64,000 nucleotides of DNA from an uncultured Desulfobacter sp. (GTDB lineage Bacteria > Desulfobacterota > Desulfobacteria > Desulfobacterales > Desulfobacteraceae), in NCBI GenBank assembly GCA_963665095.1, contig OY762069.1, forward strand, positions 2,976,001 through 3,040,000. The letters are read 5' to 3'. The notes beneath the pieces are model-generated. The model saw only the letters and a list, made by a program, of their open reading frames with translations. It did no database searches and was not told the origin of the DNA. The position numbers and the translations under genes were made by a program. Shown piece by piece: positions 27,797-37,480 of the stretch (positions are counted from its first letter, which is position 1; each line of letters opens with the position of its first letter).

Positions 27797-28871
27797 CCCC
27801 CGGACCAGGCTTACAAAGGAGCTTACCTTCTCTTCCCAGATCTTCCGCCATGCACTCAGGGCCGCCATTGCCATCACCGTGGCCGTGGCGGTGGTCAGAC
27901 AGATGAACCTTTACCATGCCCTGTGGGTGCCCATCACCGTGCTGGTGGTCATGCGCCCCTCTTTGGGCGGCACCCTTCACATCAGCTGGAAACGGCTGGG
28001 CGGCACGGCAGCCGGAGCCACAGCCGGTATCCTCATGGCAAGCCTTGGCCTTCCTGCGGTGGCCGTGGCTATTGTGGCCTTTGTCCTGCTGTTTTTAATT
28101 TTTTATTTTAAAGGGCGAAACTATCTTATCTTTATCGGATTTCTCACTGCAGATCTGGTGCTGGTCCTGGGATCTGCTTTTCCCCACCCCTGGCAGAGCG
28201 GGGCTGAGCGGATGCTTGACACGGCTTTAGGCATCGGCATCGGCCTGGGTGCCTCCTTTCTGGTCTGGCCCAATTTCGCCCGAAAAAGTCTGCGGCAGGC
28301 CATTGGCGATGTGATCGCTGCCCAGCACAGCCATTTCAGGCAGTTGCGGGAGGCGTATCTTAGTGAGGCCCCGGATTCCGCCGATCTTCTGTCCGGACGG
28401 CTGCAGGCCAGGGACAGCCTGGATGCCTGTGCCCAGAAGTGTACGGATGCCGCCATAGAGCCAGGTCTGGTTTCAGGGCAACGTCAGGAACTTCTGAACC
28501 TGGTGGATATCTTCACAAAACTTCACAGGAATCTGATTGCGCTATCTTCCATTGTGGCCAACTCCACCGGGGTGTTTAAGGGAAGCATTCAGCCTGATTT
28601 TGAAGTGCTCATGGATACGGTGGAGGCCCGGTTTTCAGAACTGGAGACCTATGCCCGCACTGAAGAGGCACCTGGGGGCCCCAGCACGTTCAATGACTGT
28701 TTCAACCGGTTCATGGCCAAACTGGGTACCATGCGGGTGAATGGAGAGTTTGACCGATTCCCCCTGGATGCCCGGAATAACTCATCCTCCTTTATCCTCC
28801 AGATCCGGCGCATCGGCAACGGGCTTGATCAGGCCTGGGCCGGAATGAAAAACCTCAGGACGCCCCAGTGA
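27786..28871 (+). CDS. FUSC family membrane protein, C-terminal-type half
   Basis: FRHALRAAIA, HALWVPITVLVVMRP, RLGGTAAG and ERMLDTALG...LVWP motifs. Confidence 0.82.
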   Translation: MENNPRTRLTKELTFSSQIFRHALRAAIAITVAVAVVRQMNLYHALWVPITVLVVMRPSLGGTLHISWKRLGGTAAGATAGILMASLGLPAVAVAIVAFVLLFLIFYFKGRNYLIFIGFLTADLVLVLGSAFPHPWQSGAERMLDTALGIGIGLGASFLVWPNFARKSLRQAIGDVIAAQHSHFRQLREAYLSEAPDSADLLSGRLQARDSLDACAQKCTDAAIEPGLVSGQRQELLNLVDIFTKLHRNLIALSSIVANSTGVFKGSIQPDFEVLMDTVEARFSELETYARTEEAPGGPSTFNDCFNRFMAKLGTMRVNGEFDRFPLDARNNSSSFILQIRRIGNGLDQAWAGMKNLRTPQ

Positions 28872-29056
28872 GATCCCCTGCCCGTTTTAACTTCTCACCT
28901 ACAAATCGCAATAACACCGTGCATACGCCCGCGATTGTCACAGCAACCACGATCAAATAATGCGGCAGAACTGTTTATCCTCTTGAAAAAATAAGAAAAA
29001 AGTCATAAAGGAATTAAGCCACACATTATTTTTTGTATATCAATGGAGAATAAATC

Positions 29057-31189
29057 ATGCGTAACGTACTATTTTATGGCAGCGTTATTTTTCTTATCCT
29101 GTGTGCCTCAATGATGCAATCTGCGGCCCAGGACCTTTACGTACAAACCAATGGCGGAAGCGATTCAAACAGTGGAAGTTCATGGGGCAGTGACAATGCC
29201 CTTGCCACTATTTCCCAGGCAGTTACCCTTGCGGGACAGAACAGTGAAGCCGATGTCATTCATATTGCTGCAGGAACCTATTACGAAAATCTGATCCTCA
29301 CGGACGGTCTTACCCTGTACGGTGGGTATCCCCGGGATGGCGGTACGGCAAGAGATTCAGCCCAGAACATAACCGCAATTGACGGCAGTACTGCAGCAAG
29401 GGTCGTAACCATGCTGGATGCTGACAATGTTACCATTGATGGTATTGTCATTCAAAACGGCTATGCAGATGAAGGCAGAGGAGGAGGAATATATATCCAG
29501 AGCTGTTCAAATGCGGTGGTCTGTAATTCCACCATTACATCAAATGCAAGCTCAGGCGACTGGGGCGGAGGCATTGCGGTTGTCAGTTCTCAGGTTGCCA
29601 TTGAGAACAATACCATTTCAAACAATACCACCGACACCAGCGGAGGGGGGATAAGTTTTTACAGCAAATGTGAAGGAGAGGTCTCCTTAAATACTATTTC
29701 CGGCAATAGTGCACTCTACGGCGGAGGCGTGCGCATTGAAGACTGTACCCTTACCATTGATCAAAATATAATTTCTGAAAACAGCGCCAGTGAGGAAGGC
29801 GGTGCCATTTATATCAGCCATGCTGAAGAGGATACAACTACCATTCAAAACAACACCATCAGCCTTAATACAGCGTCCTATTCAGGGGGCGGCATTGAAG
29901 TTGTCTACTGCACAGCGCTTACCATTGACCAGAATACCATTGACCAGAACACCGCCGGTAACAGAGCAGGCGGGATCAACTATGAAAACTCAGACTGCAT
30001 CATCAGCAGAAACACCATTACAGACAATCGCTCACAAGGGTGGTCGGGCGGCATAAACTGCTATGGATCCGCAGGGTCTGTTGTTAATAACGTCATTGCG
30101 AAAAACCATGCGGTAAACTGTGGAGGCGGCTTGGGTTTCTGGGATAATGCAACCACACGTTTAACCAACAATACCATTGTTGAAAACAGTGCGGAAAGCA
30201 GTGGCGGAGGCGTTTATTGCTATGCGTACGGGGATGACAGTTCAACCGCAACCATTTTAAACTGCATTATCAGGGATAACACACCTGACGAACTTGGAGG
30301 CGATGGAACCATTGCAACATCCTACTCAAATATTACAGGGGCTTTGGATCAAAACAATAACCTTGATATAGACCCGCTTTTTGTAGGCCAGGGAGATTAT
30401 AATCTTACGGCAGACTCCCCCTGCATTGATCAGGCAACTTTGACAGGCGCGCCGGACACGGATATTCATGGGGATTCAAGATCTTTGGATACAGCGCCCG
30501 ATATTGGGGCGGATGAATACCTGGCACGAACCATAGCCATGTCATCCTTTAATCTCAATCTTTCATCGGCAGCAAAAACAGATACCGCCATTACCATCAC
30601 AGCTACCTCTGCCAACAGCGGTGGTGGTGGGAATACCTATTATCGGTTTGATATTGTTCCCGGGTACGGCACTGGAAATTATGATCCTGATAACAACTGG
30701 CAGGCATTGAGTAATTTTTCCTTGAGTGCCTCTGTTACGCATGCCTTCAGTCAATCAGGTTCATATATTCTTATCACAAAGGCATCCCCCAGCCTTGATT
30801 ATCCAGGCGGTGCAGTCCCCATTGCAGGCTGCTCCATAGAGGTTACAGAAGACGATGAGACACCCGCCTTTCCTGTCGTCATTACAGGGCTTTCCATTTC
30901 ACCTTCCCGGATCGTATCCCCGGGAAACACGCTGACCATTACCGCCCAGGCCTTTAACAGTGAAGGGGGGGATGTATATTATCGGTTTGACATCGTACCT
31001 GAGTACGGCACCGACCAGTATGATCCCAATACCAACTGGCAGATGCTCCAGGACTTTTCACCATCAAACACCTGCGCTTACACCTTTTCAGAGGCAGGTA
31101 ACTATATTGTCGTTGTAAAAGCCAATAATACTCCGGCACTGGCCGGCGGTGCCGCGCCTATTATTGGAATGGGAGTGGTTGTGCAATAA
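29057..31189 (+). CDS. Secreted right-handed beta-helix (pectin-lyase-like) protein with two C-terminal 'PxYGT' repeats
   Basis: Signal peptide; ATISQAV...IHIAAGTYYEN; many GGGI/N..I..N repeats; SPCID...DIGADEY (choice-of-anchor-Q-like); repeats at 30590-30844 and 30932-31186. Confidence 0.85.
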   Translation: MRNVLFYGSVIFLILCASMMQSAAQDLYVQTNGGSDSNSGSSWGSDNALATISQAVTLAGQNSEADVIHIAAGTYYENLILTDGLTLYGGYPRDGGTARDSAQNITAIDGSTAARVVTMLDADNVTIDGIVIQNGYADEGRGGGIYIQSCSNAVVCNSTITSNASSGDWGGGIAVVSSQVAIENNTISNNTTDTSGGGISFYSKCEGEVSLNTISGNSALYGGGVRIEDCTLTIDQNIISENSASEEGGAIYISHAEEDTTTIQNNTISLNTASYSGGGIEVVYCTALTIDQNTIDQNTAGNRAGGINYENSDCIISRNTITDNRSQGWSGGINCYGSAGSVVNNVIAKNHAVNCGGGLGFWDNATTRLTNNTIVENSAESSGGGVYCYAYGDDSSTATILNCIIRDNTPDELGGDGTIATSYSNITGALDQNNNLDIDPLFVGQGDYNLTADSPCIDQATLTGAPDTDIHGDSRSLDTAPDIGADEYLARTIAMSSFNLNLSSAAKTDTAITITATSANSGGGGNTYYRFDIVPGYGTGNYDPDNNWQALSNFSLSASVTHAFSQSGSYILITKASPSLDYPGGAVPIAGCSIEVTEDDETPAFPVVITGLSISPSRIVSPGNTLTITAQAFNSEGGDVYYRFDIVPEYGTDQYDPNTNWQMLQDFSPSNTCAYTFSEAGNYIVVVKANNTPALAGGAAPIIGMGVVVQ

Positions 31190-31372
31190 CACCACCTAAT
31201 CAAAGCACATTCACACAGGTTCTCATCATGAGCTGATGCCGGCAGAAAAAGTTTATCATTCCAAACGTCCTCTACATCTTCAACGCCACTTTTAAGGGCA
31301 CTTCTGATAAATAATCTTTATCTGATCCGAGATGGATACAGGCCGGGTTGGTTAATTCGAGGACATAATTCG

Positions 31373-31412
31373 AGGGACCTTACTTAATTGCTTGGAATTA
31401 AGTAAGGTCCCT
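31373..31412. repeat. Perfect 17-bp inverted repeat (REP/MITE-like)
   Basis: AGGGACCTTACTTAATT-GCTTGG-AATTAAGTAAGGTCCCT. Confidence 0.85.
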
Positions 31413-31415
31413 TGA

Positions 31416-31607
31416 TTACCAGGTTATTTCCCGGGATTGAATATAGCTTGCAGCCAGGGTGGTCTTTCCGGCCCCCGGGCCGCCTGAAATCCAGGTAACC
31501 GGATGGTCACGGTATTTGTCCAGAAGTTGAAAAAGACGCTGTCGGTGAAATACACGGTGCAGCCGTGGCGGTGAAATTTTAGTAATAATGCTGTTTAGAT
31601 CTTTCAT
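31416..31607 (-). pseudogene. N-terminal remnant of a MalT-like (STAND) ATP-dependent regulator
   Basis: TKISPPRL...RQRLFQLL...VTWISGGPGAGKTTLAASY (Walker A) ends after 63 aa at the inverted repeat. Confidence 0.75.
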
Positions 31608-31813
31608 GGCGTTTCGCAGCTAAAATTCATGGATATAATCCTGTTATTGAGGCAGCACTGCCAATCCTTTTCTCTAAAGCCCTTTCGTCCATGACCGATG
31701 GCAGGATCTGCCTTAATTTCAAAAATTTAGATACTTGTATCTGTTTCCAGGTATAGAAAGCCAGGTGTTGTATGTCAATGAAAAAACAGCCGCTAAAATC
31801 AGCAAGCTTTACA

Positions 31814-31827
31814 AATCGTATACGATT
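31814..31827. promoter_or_regulatory. Putative GntR operator in the GRE promoter
   Basis: Perfect palindrome AATCGTATACGATT between TTTACA (31808) and TATAAT/TAATAT (31829-31836). Confidence 0.7.
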
Positions 31828-31868
31828 ATATAATATTTTTCTGTCACTTTTATTTGAAGGAGAAATCC

Positions 31869-34277
31869 ATGCCCCCTGCAGTTCCCCAGCCAGAAATGTC
31901 AACCGCAGGTCTGTCCGAACGGATCACCGCCCTGAAGGCGGATTTTCGGTCCGCAGCACCTGAAGTCTGCATTGCCCGGGCCCGGGCCGTTATCAGCGCT
32001 TTTACTGAAAATCGTGGGGCTCCGGCCGTGATAAAAAAGGGCCGGGCCTTTTACGAAATCTGTAAAACCATTCCTGTAAAAATTTATGACCATGAACTGA
32101 TCGTGGGGGCGTCAGGCGCATTCCGCAGATCTGCCGGTGTCAGCCCCGAGGTTTCCTGGCAATGGATTGAGGAGGAGATGTCCTCTTTATCCACCCGGAC
32201 CCAGGACCCTTACCGCCTGGATCCGGATACCCGCCGGGAACTGACAGAAGAAATTCTGCCACAGTGGCAGGGGAAATCCGTGGAAGACGCCTTTCTGGCA
32301 AGGATTCCTGAAGAGACGGCAAAGATCGCCGTGGACACGGGCATCATTGACAATGATTCCAAATGGCGGTGCGCTGTGGGTGAGGTTACCCCGGATTTTC
32401 AGGATATCCTGTTTGTTAAAGGGATCAAGGGCTGCATGGAAGAGGCCCGGCAGCGCAGGGATGCGCTTGATATGTCCCTGCCAGAAGATATTGGAAAAGC
32501 CCAATTTTATACAGCCGTCATTGACTGTGCCAAAGGGCTTATCTGCCTTGCCCGGCGATATGAGAATGCCGCCCGGACCATGGCGAACGCGTTGGAAGAG
32601 GGCCAAAGAAAAACCGAACTTGAAACCATTGCCGCCAACCTGCGGCAGGTGCCAAAAAACCCGCCCCAGACCTTTTGGCAGGCCATCCAGATGGTATGGC
32701 TGATTCAGCTGGGCAACACCCTGTTTGAAAATGCCGTGGCCCTGAACCTGGGCCGGTTTGACCAGTACATGGCCCCGTTTTACGAACAGGATCTGGCAAA
32801 AGGGACGATCACCCAGGACTTTGCCCAGGAGCTGGTCTCCTGCCTGTGGATCAAATTATCCGAATGGGTCTGGTTTGTCTCAAAAAACACCGCGTCCTAC
32901 TTTGCCGGTTACAGTGCCTTTCAAAATCTCACAGTGGGCGGAAAAAAAATTGACGGCAGCGACGGCACCAACCCTGTTTCCTATATGTGCCTGGCAGCGG
33001 CAGAACAGGCCCGGACCCACCAGCCCAACTTAAGCGTACGCATCCATCCGGACAGCCCCCATAAATTTGTCCTGGCGGTCTGCGATCTGGTCAAACAGGG
33101 CTTAGGCTTTCCCGCCATCCACAATGACCGGGTGGGCACCCAGATGCTCACCTGCCAGGGGCTACCCCATGCCCAGGCCCTGGACTGGAGCAATTGCGGA
33201 TGCGTGGTCCCCCACTCCAGAAAGGTCAGTGAATGGACATCTGCCTGCAACATCAACCTGACAGCTGCGTTGGAATTTACCCTGACAGGCGGCCGGCACC
33301 GGCTTTCAGGAACCCAGATGAGCATTGATACCGGTGATCTTTCATCCGTCACTGATTTTAACACGTTCAAGGCCCGGTACTTTACTCACCTGGCATATAT
33401 GATCCGCCACGGGGTGATTGCCACCCTTGTGGCCCAGGAGGCCCAGGCCGAACTGGCGCCAAGGCCTCTTTTCTCATTATTTACTGAAGGGTGTATGGAA
33501 TCAGGAAAAGATATATCCCGGGGCGGGGCCCGGCATATGGTGGGACCTGTGCTTACCGGCATCGGCATTGCAGATGCTGCCAACGGTCTTGCGGCCGTCA
33601 ACCACCTGGTATTTGATAAAAAAATAACGGATTTTTTCACCTTGGACCAGGCACTGGAAAAGGATTGGGAAGGGTATGAAGACCTGCACACCCAAGCGCT
33701 TTCCTGTCCCAAATTTGGAAACGATCTGGATGAGGTAGACCGGTTTGCCGTTGAAATCAGTGATTTTTACGAAGCTCAGATCAGCCAATATAAAGATATT
33801 TACGGTAACCGGTTCAACTCCGCGTTCATGGGTATCTCCAACTATATCCCGGCCGGAAAAGTCATCGGGGCAACACCCTGCGGCCGAAGGGCCAGTGAAC
33901 CTTTGACCGAAGGCTGCTCCCCCCACGCCGGTACAGATGTCACAAGTCCCACGGCAGCCATGCGGTCCACGGCAAAAATCAACCACGGCCGCCACACCGG
34001 AGGCACTCTTCTAAACATTAAGCTCTCCCCGGACACACTTAAAACCCGCAGTGACCTTAACAAGCTGGCAGGGCTGATCCGGGGGTACTTTGAACTGGAC
34101 GCCTTCCATGTCCAGTTCAATGTGTTTGACAAAGAGGTGCTTTTAGATGCCCAGGTCCATCCGGAGAACCACCAGGATCTTCTGGTGCGGGTGGCGGGGT
34201 ACAGTGCCCGGTTTGTCACCCTGTCCAAAGAGGTCCAGGACGCCATCATCCGGCGAACCTCCTATACAGGGATATAA
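31869..34277 (+). CDS. Glycyl radical enzyme (PFL2/eliminase-like superfamily) of unassigned function
   Basis: 802 aa from ATG 31869 (AAGGAG RBS); ELIVG, LGRFDQY, QNLTVGG, Cys loop DWSNCGCVVP (Cys445), KFGND, GATPCGR, HVQFNV and Gly loop LVRVAGYS (Gly777). Confidence 0.92.
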   Translation: MPPAVPQPEMSTAGLSERITALKADFRSAAPEVCIARARAVISAFTENRGAPAVIKKGRAFYEICKTIPVKIYDHELIVGASGAFRRSAGVSPEVSWQWIEEEMSSLSTRTQDPYRLDPDTRRELTEEILPQWQGKSVEDAFLARIPEETAKIAVDTGIIDNDSKWRCAVGEVTPDFQDILFVKGIKGCMEEARQRRDALDMSLPEDIGKAQFYTAVIDCAKGLICLARRYENAARTMANALEEGQRKTELETIAANLRQVPKNPPQTFWQAIQMVWLIQLGNTLFENAVALNLGRFDQYMAPFYEQDLAKGTITQDFAQELVSCLWIKLSEWVWFVSKNTASYFAGYSAFQNLTVGGKKIDGSDGTNPVSYMCLAAAEQARTHQPNLSVRIHPDSPHKFVLAVCDLVKQGLGFPAIHNDRVGTQMLTCQGLPHAQALDWSNCGCVVPHSRKVSEWTSACNINLTAALEFTLTGGRHRLSGTQMSIDTGDLSSVTDFNTFKARYFTHLAYMIRHGVIATLVAQEAQAELAPRPLFSLFTEGCMESGKDISRGGARHMVGPVLTGIGIADAANGLAAVNHLVFDKKITDFFTLDQALEKDWEGYEDLHTQALSCPKFGNDLDEVDRFAVEISDFYEAQISQYKDIYGNRFNSAFMGISNYIPAGKVIGATPCGRRASEPLTEGCSPHAGTDVTSPTAAMRSTAKINHGRHTGGTLLNIKLSPDTLKTRSDLNKLAGLIRGYFELDAFHVQFNVFDKEVLLDAQVHPENHQDLLVRVAGYSARFVTLSKEVQDAIIRRTSYTGI

Positions 34278-35050
34278 TGGAAGCGCTGCCACTTCTCTTT
34301 AATATTCAGCGCTGGAGCCTCCATGACGGTCCCGGCATCCGTACCACACTATTTTTTCGGGGTTGCCCTCTCAGGTGCCAATGGTGCTGCAACCCTGAAT
34401 CATGGGCCTCACGCAGCCTGCCCGGACAAAAAGAGACAGCCCCGGAAAAGGCACTTGAAACCATCCTGAGGGATGCGGTGTTCTACCGGGCCTCTGGCGG
34501 CGGGGTGACCTTTTCCGGAGGTGAGCCTTTTATGGATTCAGCCCTCCTGGCTGAGCTGGCAGGTGCGGCAGTGGATGCAGGAATTCATACAGCCGTGGAA
34601 ACCAGCGGTTTTTTTGATATGGATGCGGCAGAGCCGGCCCTTCAGTCCATTGATCATCTGTTCATTGATATCAAATGCATGGACGATGCCCGACACAGGA
34701 TACTTACCCGGGTGTCCAATCAACAAATCCTTGATAACATCCGCCTGATTGACAAGACCGGCAAACCCATGGTTATCCGGATGCCCCTGGTCCGGGGCCT
34801 GAACGATCACCCAGAGGATATTGAAGCGGCCATCGGGCTTTGCAAAGGGCTTACGCATCTTTCCAGGGTGGAGCTGATGCCCTATCATCCCCTGGGAGAA
34901 GCGAAATACAAGACTTTAGGCCTGGACTATGACAGGACCATGGCACCACCGGCGCCCAAAGAGCTGGACCTGATTGTCGCCCGGTTCCAGGACGCCGGCA
35001 TTAAGACTGACTGCTCCGCGCCCCTGACGTCGCTGACAGATCCAATTTGA
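34277..35050 (+). CDS. Glycyl-radical enzyme activating enzyme (radical SAM)
   Basis: FNIQRWSLHDGPGIRT, GCPLRCQWCCNPE (CxxxCxxC), GVTFSGGEP and LMPYHPLG motifs; TAATG coupling to the GRE. Confidence 0.92.
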   Translation: MEALPLLFNIQRWSLHDGPGIRTTLFFRGCPLRCQWCCNPESWASRSLPGQKETAPEKALETILRDAVFYRASGGGVTFSGGEPFMDSALLAELAGAAVDAGIHTAVETSGFFDMDAAEPALQSIDHLFIDIKCMDDARHRILTRVSNQQILDNIRLIDKTGKPMVIRMPLVRGLNDHPEDIEAAIGLCKGLTHLSRVELMPYHPLGEAKYKTLGLDYDRTMAPPAPKELDLIVARFQDAGIKTDCSAPLTSLTDPI

Positions 35051-35082
35051 CAACTGCAAATAACCAATTGACGGGGAATTCC

Positions 35083-35736
35083 ATGAAACCGGCACAACAA
35101 ACTGCGGGGGCAGCCAATACCCCGGACCTCATTGTAGAGACGCTGCGAACCGCTATTATCCAGGGCCGGTACAAGGCCAATGAGCCGTTGCGCCAGGACC
35201 GGATTGCCCGGGATCTGGGGGTCAGCAAAATTCCTTTGCGCGAGGCTTTGGTCCAGCTCAAGGCCGAGGGCTTGGTCACCTTCATGCCCAAGCGCGGGGC
35301 AGTAGTCTCATCCCTGTCTGCAACCGAAGTGGCAGAAATCTATATCATGCGAAAGGCTCTTGAAACAGTGGCCCTTGAACAGGCCGTCCCCAGGCTTGGC
35401 CGTTCAGATCTCATCCGGGCCAGAAGCGTACTTGAAATTATGGATGCGGAAACCGACCGGGGCCAGTGGGGAGACCTGAACTGGGAATTCCACGCCACCC
35501 TGTACCAGGCGGCCCGGATGCCTCTGATGCTTCAGACCATTCATTCCCTCCATAACAACGTGACCCGCTACCTGATCATATACCTGGACCGCCTGTCAGG
35601 TCTCAGCCGCTCCCAAAAAGAGCACTGGCAGATCCTTGACGCCTGTCAGGACCAGGATATTCAAACAGCCAAGACTGTGCTTGACAAACATCTGCACCAG
35701 GCGGCCGAAAACCTGATTTCCTATCTTGGGACCTGA
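35083..35736 (+). CDS. GntR family transcriptional regulator (HTH + FCD domain)
   Basis: LRQDRIARDLGVSKIPLREAL HTH, NWEFHATL, and EHWQILDA...HL. Confidence 0.9.
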   Translation: MKPAQQTAGAANTPDLIVETLRTAIIQGRYKANEPLRQDRIARDLGVSKIPLREALVQLKAEGLVTFMPKRGAVVSSLSATEVAEIYIMRKALETVALEQAVPRLGRSDLIRARSVLEIMDAETDRGQWGDLNWEFHATLYQAARMPLMLQTIHSLHNNVTRYLIIYLDRLSGLSRSQKEHWQILDACQDQDIQTAKTVLDKHLHQAAENLISYLGT

Positions 35737-35835
35737 TTTTACGGCCGGAGATATAATAACCTGTTTCCTCTTGACACTGATTTGAAATTTTACCGGCATA
35801 GCATTGAGGGTAACACATTAAAATAATTAAAGAAG

Positions 35836-36238
35836 ATATATATTCAAACTTAGCTGTCATTTCCTTTGCAATTGACTCATTTACCTGGCACTCGGCTGAA
35901 CAGTTCTATCAGGCATCAAAATTCACGGATGAGGTGATCATCATGAAAATCAAAGAGTGCCCCAATCCATTTCGATGTGCTGCCCTGGGGCAAACCCGAA
36001 AATTTAAAATTCGAGATGACTGGGAAGATATAAAGGTCTCTGTCATGGAGCGGGCTATACGTGCCCGATTTTATCAACATCACGATCTGGCCGAAATACT
36101 TAAACGCAGTAAAGGCACACTGTTGATCAAACGGCTGCGGACAATTTCTGAGGCCTCGGATATGATACCAACCAGGGTTTCAATGCCACTGGTAAAATAT
36201 TAATGAAAATCCGGGATAAGTTGCGGTCCACTGTGTGA
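35836..36238 (+). pseudogene. NADAR (YbiA-like) family pseudogene
   Basis: Translates YSNL...TWHSAEQFYQASKF...IRDDWEDIKVSVMERAIRARFYQH, then a frameshift at ~36125, then DNF*GLG...GFNATGKILMKIRDKL. The TGA replaces the Trp of the D..WG motif and there is no intact start. Confidence 0.8.
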
Positions 36239-36526
36239 CTGATTTTTGCTCTTTTTCTATTGCAGGGCATCGTGCTTGGATAAGGTGCCGTTTTCGGCCC
36301 ACGCACGCAGGGTTTTAGTGTCTGAACAAAATCCGTGCCCGGAGCGCATCCCTGTTTTGGGAACGGCTGAAAATACAAGGTTGGGCTTTATTTTTTCCCA
36401 GGATTAGTGCTACATCAGACACCTGCCTTTCTGGAACCAATGATCCTCCAGAGTCTGGCAGCAGGGATAAGACCAGTAGCTGAACCGATTTGAGAAAGTC
36501 GAGCAGATAAAGAAGGAAGGAGTTGG

Positions 36527-37480
36527 ATGATGGCGGAATCTGAAAAGATGAACCTGCTTTCAGGCATGGCCATGTTGGTGCAAAGTTGCCAGAAGGAAAA
36601 TGATCTATTTGATGTGGCGTCCTGCTACCTGCCGCAGTTGTTTGAGGGCATGAGCGGGGCGGTCTATCTTTCAAAGACCGGAGAGGGGCCCATGGACCAG
36701 CAGCTGGCCTGGGGAGAGAGAGCACTGCAAAGACAGGTATCCGGCCAGTGCCCGGTGCTTCGTGCCGGTATCCCCCTGGATGCGGCCGGAGGGCCGGGCA
36801 AGGTCTGCCACGCCTGCGGCGAAGATATGTATTGTGTTCCTTTCAAAGATGGAACGGCAGCCTTCGGCATCCTCTGCCTGAACGGTAAGCAACAGGCAGT
36901 GTCGAGCCGAATACGGGGGCTGGCCTTTGTTACAGCAGAATACCTCTCCATGGCAGCGTCCAATATTCGCCTGCAGGACCGCCTCTACAAAATGGCGGTT
37001 AAGGACCCCCTTACCGGACTCTACAACCGCCGCTACATGAATGAGGCACTTGACAGGGAGATTCGAAGGGCCCAACGAAACAGGCTTACCCTTGGGATAA
37101 TCATGGTGGATCTGGATTATTTCAAACGCATCAACGATACCTTTGGACATGCGGCTGGCGACCGGGTATTGACCTCGGTTGCCCAGGCCCTGGTTTCAGG
37201 CCTGAGGCAGGAGGATATTGTCTGCCGGTTCGGGGGTGAGGAGTTCCTGATCCTTTTAACCGGAAGTGCCCTGGCTGGCACCCGACTCAAGGCAGAAGAT
37301 ATAAGGGCAAAGATCGCAGGGCTGGATATTCGGTGGGAGAAGGAATGCATCCATCCGGTCACCGCCTCACTGGGGGTGGCAGCCTTTCCAGACCATGGCA
37401 AGACCTTTGATGCCCTTGTCAACCATGCAGATCAGGCCCTTTACAGGGCCAAGGAAGGCGGCCGAAACCGGGTGGAATAG
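36527..37480 (+). CDS. GAF-like + GGDEF diguanylate cyclase
   Basis: DPLTGLYNRR, DLDYFKRINDTFGHAAGD, RQED I-site, RFGGEEF and ADQALYRAK motifs. Confidence 0.9.
   Translation: MMAESEKMNLLSGMAMLVQSCQKENDLFDVASCYLPQLFEGMSGAVYLSKTGEGPMDQQLAWGERALQRQVSGQCPVLRAGIPLDAAGGPGKVCHACGEDMYCVPFKDGTAAFGILCLNGKQQAVSSRIRGLAFVTAEYLSMAASNIRLQDRLYKMAVKDPLTGLYNRRYMNEALDREIRRAQRNRLTLGIIMVDLDYFKRINDTFGHAAGDRVLTSVAQALVSGLRQEDIVCRFGGEEFLILLTGSALAGTRLKAEDIRAKIAGLDIRWEKECIHPVTASLGVAAFPDHGKTFDALVNHADQALYRAKEGGRNRVE

Noticed and set aside
31869..34277. Annotation as pyruvate formate-lyase, CutC, HypD or a diol dehydratase
   Set aside because: It lacks the PFL Cys-Cys pair and the GCxE glutamate of those eliminases, and there are no pathway-specific neighbours.
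35836..36238. DarTG1-type toxin-antitoxin or defence system
   Set aside because: The NADAR gene is broken and no ADP-ribosyltransferase gene is adjacent.
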